A stretch of DNA of 64,000 bases, taken from positions 1 through 64,000 of the forward strand of contig NIVC01000487.1 of assembly GCA_002269645.1 (NCBI GenBank), read 5' to 3'. Of this stretch, positions 60,932 to 64,000 are shown one piece after another. The DNA comes from Macrostomum lignano (taxonomy: Eukaryota). Both the position numbers and the translations under genes were made by a program. The notes beneath the pieces were generated by a model. It did no database searches. It was not told where the DNA came from and saw nothing but the letters and a program-made list of their open reading frames with translations. Within the stretch, counting starts at the first letter, position 1; every line of letters begins with the position of its first letter.

Positions 60932-61934
60932 CTGCTTGATGGGAGAAAAAACTGTATTGATCAAGGATGCGCTGGCAGCGAAAGGACGTAACTCTCTGCT
61001 CTAGAGTTTCTTCAAAGGCCTGATTTCCCTTTCTAAATTAATTAGCGAAATAGACGCCTTTCAGTCACCGAATTGAAGATTATCAGAGTTTGTCTACTGA
61101 TAAGTAGACAGTATAGAGTGTAGCGCGAAAAGCTTGCCTGGCGGGCAAAGAAATTTCGCAATACGAGAGAGCTGTAGAAGTTCTGGTCATCACTTGCCTC
61201 AGTAGGCCAGCTAACTAAAGTTAAACCTTATATTTATTCTCCATGCTAAGCCATAACACCTTGAGATCAATGCTATTTATTTCATAGAGATAGCACAGAT
61301 CTCAAATTGGCGTTAACAAACGTTAAAATTACACGTACGCTATTATTTAATTGGCTATTTTTGTTCCACTTCCCCGCATGCTACCCTTGTAATTGCATAT
61401 TTTTATCCCAGAAACTTAAAAAAGTATTTCTGTGGCTGTTTGATGCACTAGAAACTATACTGTGTTTGCAACACGCTCGTATGTCAGGTATATGTCGTTG
61501 CCAAGTTCAAAAAACTATTTGTTTGTACTTTAATTTCAATCCAGGTGTACACTGTATTTTAAGTTGTCCCTGGCTGGCATCTTTGGTATAGTTTGCTGAC
61601 GGATTGGCACTTCTATTTGAGGGAGATTTTACGATTCAAATCCTTATTCGTCTACTTTTCTCAGTAGTCTAAATTGAATATATCACAAATTAAACAAGTT
61701 GAACAAGGTTTGTATTTAGAATTCCAAAAAATGTAGTAAAATTTACGGTCAACCGCTGTGCGAACGCCAGCTTCTGAAGAGCCATTTTAAAGTACTTACG
61801 AGCAATGCCAGATTGCATCAGTAAATTTCAGTATAATAAGCACAGCCTGCAAAAAAGTTACTGTACTTTTTTTTAAATGGGCGACGATGGACTGTTTGCA
61901 ATTTCCGCGATTTGATTGGGAAATAGGGAAGTAG

Positions 61935-62560
61935 AGAGGCCAGACAGGGAAGGCAGAGAAGCGCCAGACAGACAGGGAAGGCAGAGAAGCGCCAGACAGA
62001 CAGGGAAGGCAGAGAAGCGCCAGACAGACAGGGAAGGCAGAGAAGCGCCAGACAGACAGGGAAGGCAGAGAAGCGCCAGACAGACAGGGAAGGCAGAGAA
62101 GCGCCAGACAGACAGGGAAGGCAGAGAAGCGCCAGACAGACAGGGAAGGCAGAGAAGCGCCAGACAGACAGGGAAGGCAGAGAAGCGCCAGACAGACAGG
62201 GAAGGCAGAGAAGCGCCAGACAGACAGGAAAGGCAGAGAAGCGCCAGACAGACAGGAAAGGCAGAGAAGCGCCAGACAGGAAAGGCAGAGAAGCGCCAGA
62301 CAGGAAAGGCACAGAAGCGCAAGACAGGAAAGGCAGAGAAGCGCCAGACAGACAAGAAAGGCAGAGAAGCGCCAGACAGACAAGAAAGGCAGAGAAGCGC
62401 CAGACAGGAAAGGCAGAGAAGCGCCAGACAGGAAAGGCAGAGAAGCGCCAGACAGGAAAGGCAGAGAAGCGCCAGACAAGAAAGGCAGAGAAGCGCCAGA
62501 CAGGAAAGGCAGAGAAGCGCCAGACAGGAAAGGCAGTGAAGCGCCAGACAGGAAAGGAAG
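61935..62560. repeat. 28/24-bp purine-rich minisatellite (GGCAGAGAAGCGCCAGACAGACAGGGAA)
   Basis: Directly visible. Confidence 0.95.
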
Positions 62561-62713
62561 ACATGAGAGTATCAGTATCAGAAACAGTCTCAGAGTTGGT
62601 TATGAAATATGAATATCGCAGAGTTAGGGCATGTGAAACGCCTCAGAACTTGAAGTACTTATGTGGAATTTGCATAGCGTGAGCATTACGTCACGTAGAA
62701 ATCGCAATAAAAA

Positions 62714-63865
62714 TTATTTCGAGTCGCCGTCAGGGGACGCCTCGGGCTTGTCGGCGAAAGGCACCGCCGCGGAGGCTGCCTCGGTAGACGAGGTTCGCGC
62801 AGCTTCCGCCTCCTCTCCCTCCTCGCGCTCGTCTGCCCGACTTCGACGCGTCTTCCGCTTCGACTTCCGGCTGCCGCCCCGGCGGCGACTCGACAGCGAA
62901 CTGCTGAGCGACTCCACGGCCTGCATGATGTCGGCGAGCTTGGCTTCGACGCCTTGCAGCCGGGAGCTCAGGTCGCCGATGCTCGGCCCGGCCGGCTCCG
63001 CTTCCGCCTCAGCCGCTTCCGGTCCGTCCGGCTGACGTTTCTGCAGCTGCAGTCTGGTGTTGCTTCTGCTTTCGCTGAAGATAGGAGTTCGAGAATTCGA
63101 TAATTTCATGGGCTCTGCTTGTCGAATTTCTGACGCCTTAGCAGCCCTCTGAACCCAAATATCCAGCCGTGTGTTGGTAACAGTGTTGAGAGGGGAGCTC
63201 GGCAGTTGACTGCCACAGTATAAGTTAGGGCTAGGGTTATCAGCATTCAATGTGAGATCAACAGCAAAGGGGATCCGGGATCAACAGCCATGTAATCCGG
63301 GATCAATGGGATCAGCAGCCAGGAGATGCGGGATCAATGGGAGCAACAGCCAGGAGATCCGGGATCAATGGGATCAGAAGCCAGGAGATCCGGAATCCAT
63401 GGGATCAGCAGCCAGGAGATGCGGGATCCATGGGAGCAACAGCCAGGAGATCCGGGATCAATGGGATCAGCAGCCAAGAGATCCGGGATCAACAGCCAGG
63501 ACATCCGGGATCTATGGGATCAACAGCCAGGAGATCCGGGATCCATGGGATCAACAGCCAGGAGATCCGGGATCCATGGGATCAGCATCGAGGAGATCCG
63601 GGATCAATGGGATCAGCAGCCAGGTGAAGAACTCACAGCTGGAGGGCAATGCCGGTCAATTTTCTCCGACTGCTGGCGGTCAGCCGCGACTCCAGGTGCT
63701 CAACCTGGTACTTCACATCGTCCAGCCGTTCAAGCGCCAGCAGCCAGTTGTCCTCCTCATCGTCTGGCTGGGCGTACTCGGAACGCCGCGCAGTCAAGTA
63801 CTTGTCGGTGCCCTGCTGCACGAAGGCGCCAAGCATCCGCTGTGTCCTGGAGTCGTAGTCCACCA
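62714..63865 (-). CDS. Last two coding exons of an unidentified gene with a coiled-coil C-terminal tail
   Basis: Exons 63865-63637 (acceptor CCCTTCGTAG, donor GTGAGT) and 63074-62714 (acceptor CTTCAG, stop TAA) join in phase: VDYDSRTQRMLGAF...WLLALERLDDVKYQVEHLESRL...LSSRLQGVEAKLADIMQAVESL... Codons are GC-rich, as in the other genes. Confidence 0.7.
63250..63625. repeat. about 31-bp minisatellite (GATCCGGGATCAATGGGATCAGCAGCCAGGA) in the last intron of the minus-strand gene
   Basis: Directly visible. Confidence 0.93.
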
Positions 63866-63949
63866 CTACGAAGGGACGGCCATGGACATTTAATGTCACT
63901 ATGCACTTTGACTAGATCCCAGTGTACCAATTTCACCTCTAGGTTGTAG

Positions 63950-64000
63950 CCTACTAGTTAGAGCGTCCAACACAGGACTTGAAGGTCAGGGGTTCGATTT
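63950..64000 (+). mobile_element. Start of a tRNA-derived SINE cut by the window edge
   Basis: TAGTTAGAGCG A-box-like and GGTTCGATT B-box-like motifs at tRNA spacing. Confidence 0.4.

Overview
Intron-rich animal genomic DNA. GC-rich exons and a different minisatellite in almost every intron suggest a free-living flatworm such as Macrostomum; this is inference from style, not proof. Left to right: the 5' end of a minus-strand gene with an ATRIP-like acidic/SQ motif (1-542); an intronless non-muscle myosin essential light chain with a 1-nt frameshift (2544-2986, minus); a 14.5-kb gene-free, AT-rich, largely CpG-depleted zone with decayed transposons (IS630/Tc1-like relic, Penelope relic, LOA/I-type LINE end, Tc1); a plus-strand run of YAE1-like, TGS1, H2A.Z and MCM4, in which the YAE1-like stop codon overlaps the TGS1 start; two tandem 11-exon beta-type soluble guanylate cyclases (32365-49152 and 50736-60931); and the last two exons of an unidentified minus-strand gene. 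Both cyclases have His105, YxSxR, a full catalytic residue set and C-terminal CaaX boxes. They show patchwork near-100% identity tracts inside otherwise diverged exons. The first carries a dead P-superfamily (THAP) transposon with a rearranged left end in intron 3. Best leads: the overlapping YAE1-TGS1 unit, the mosaic cyclase pair, the P-element end structure and the CpG desert. All alignments and counts are by hand, and family assignments are from remembered motifs, not database searches.
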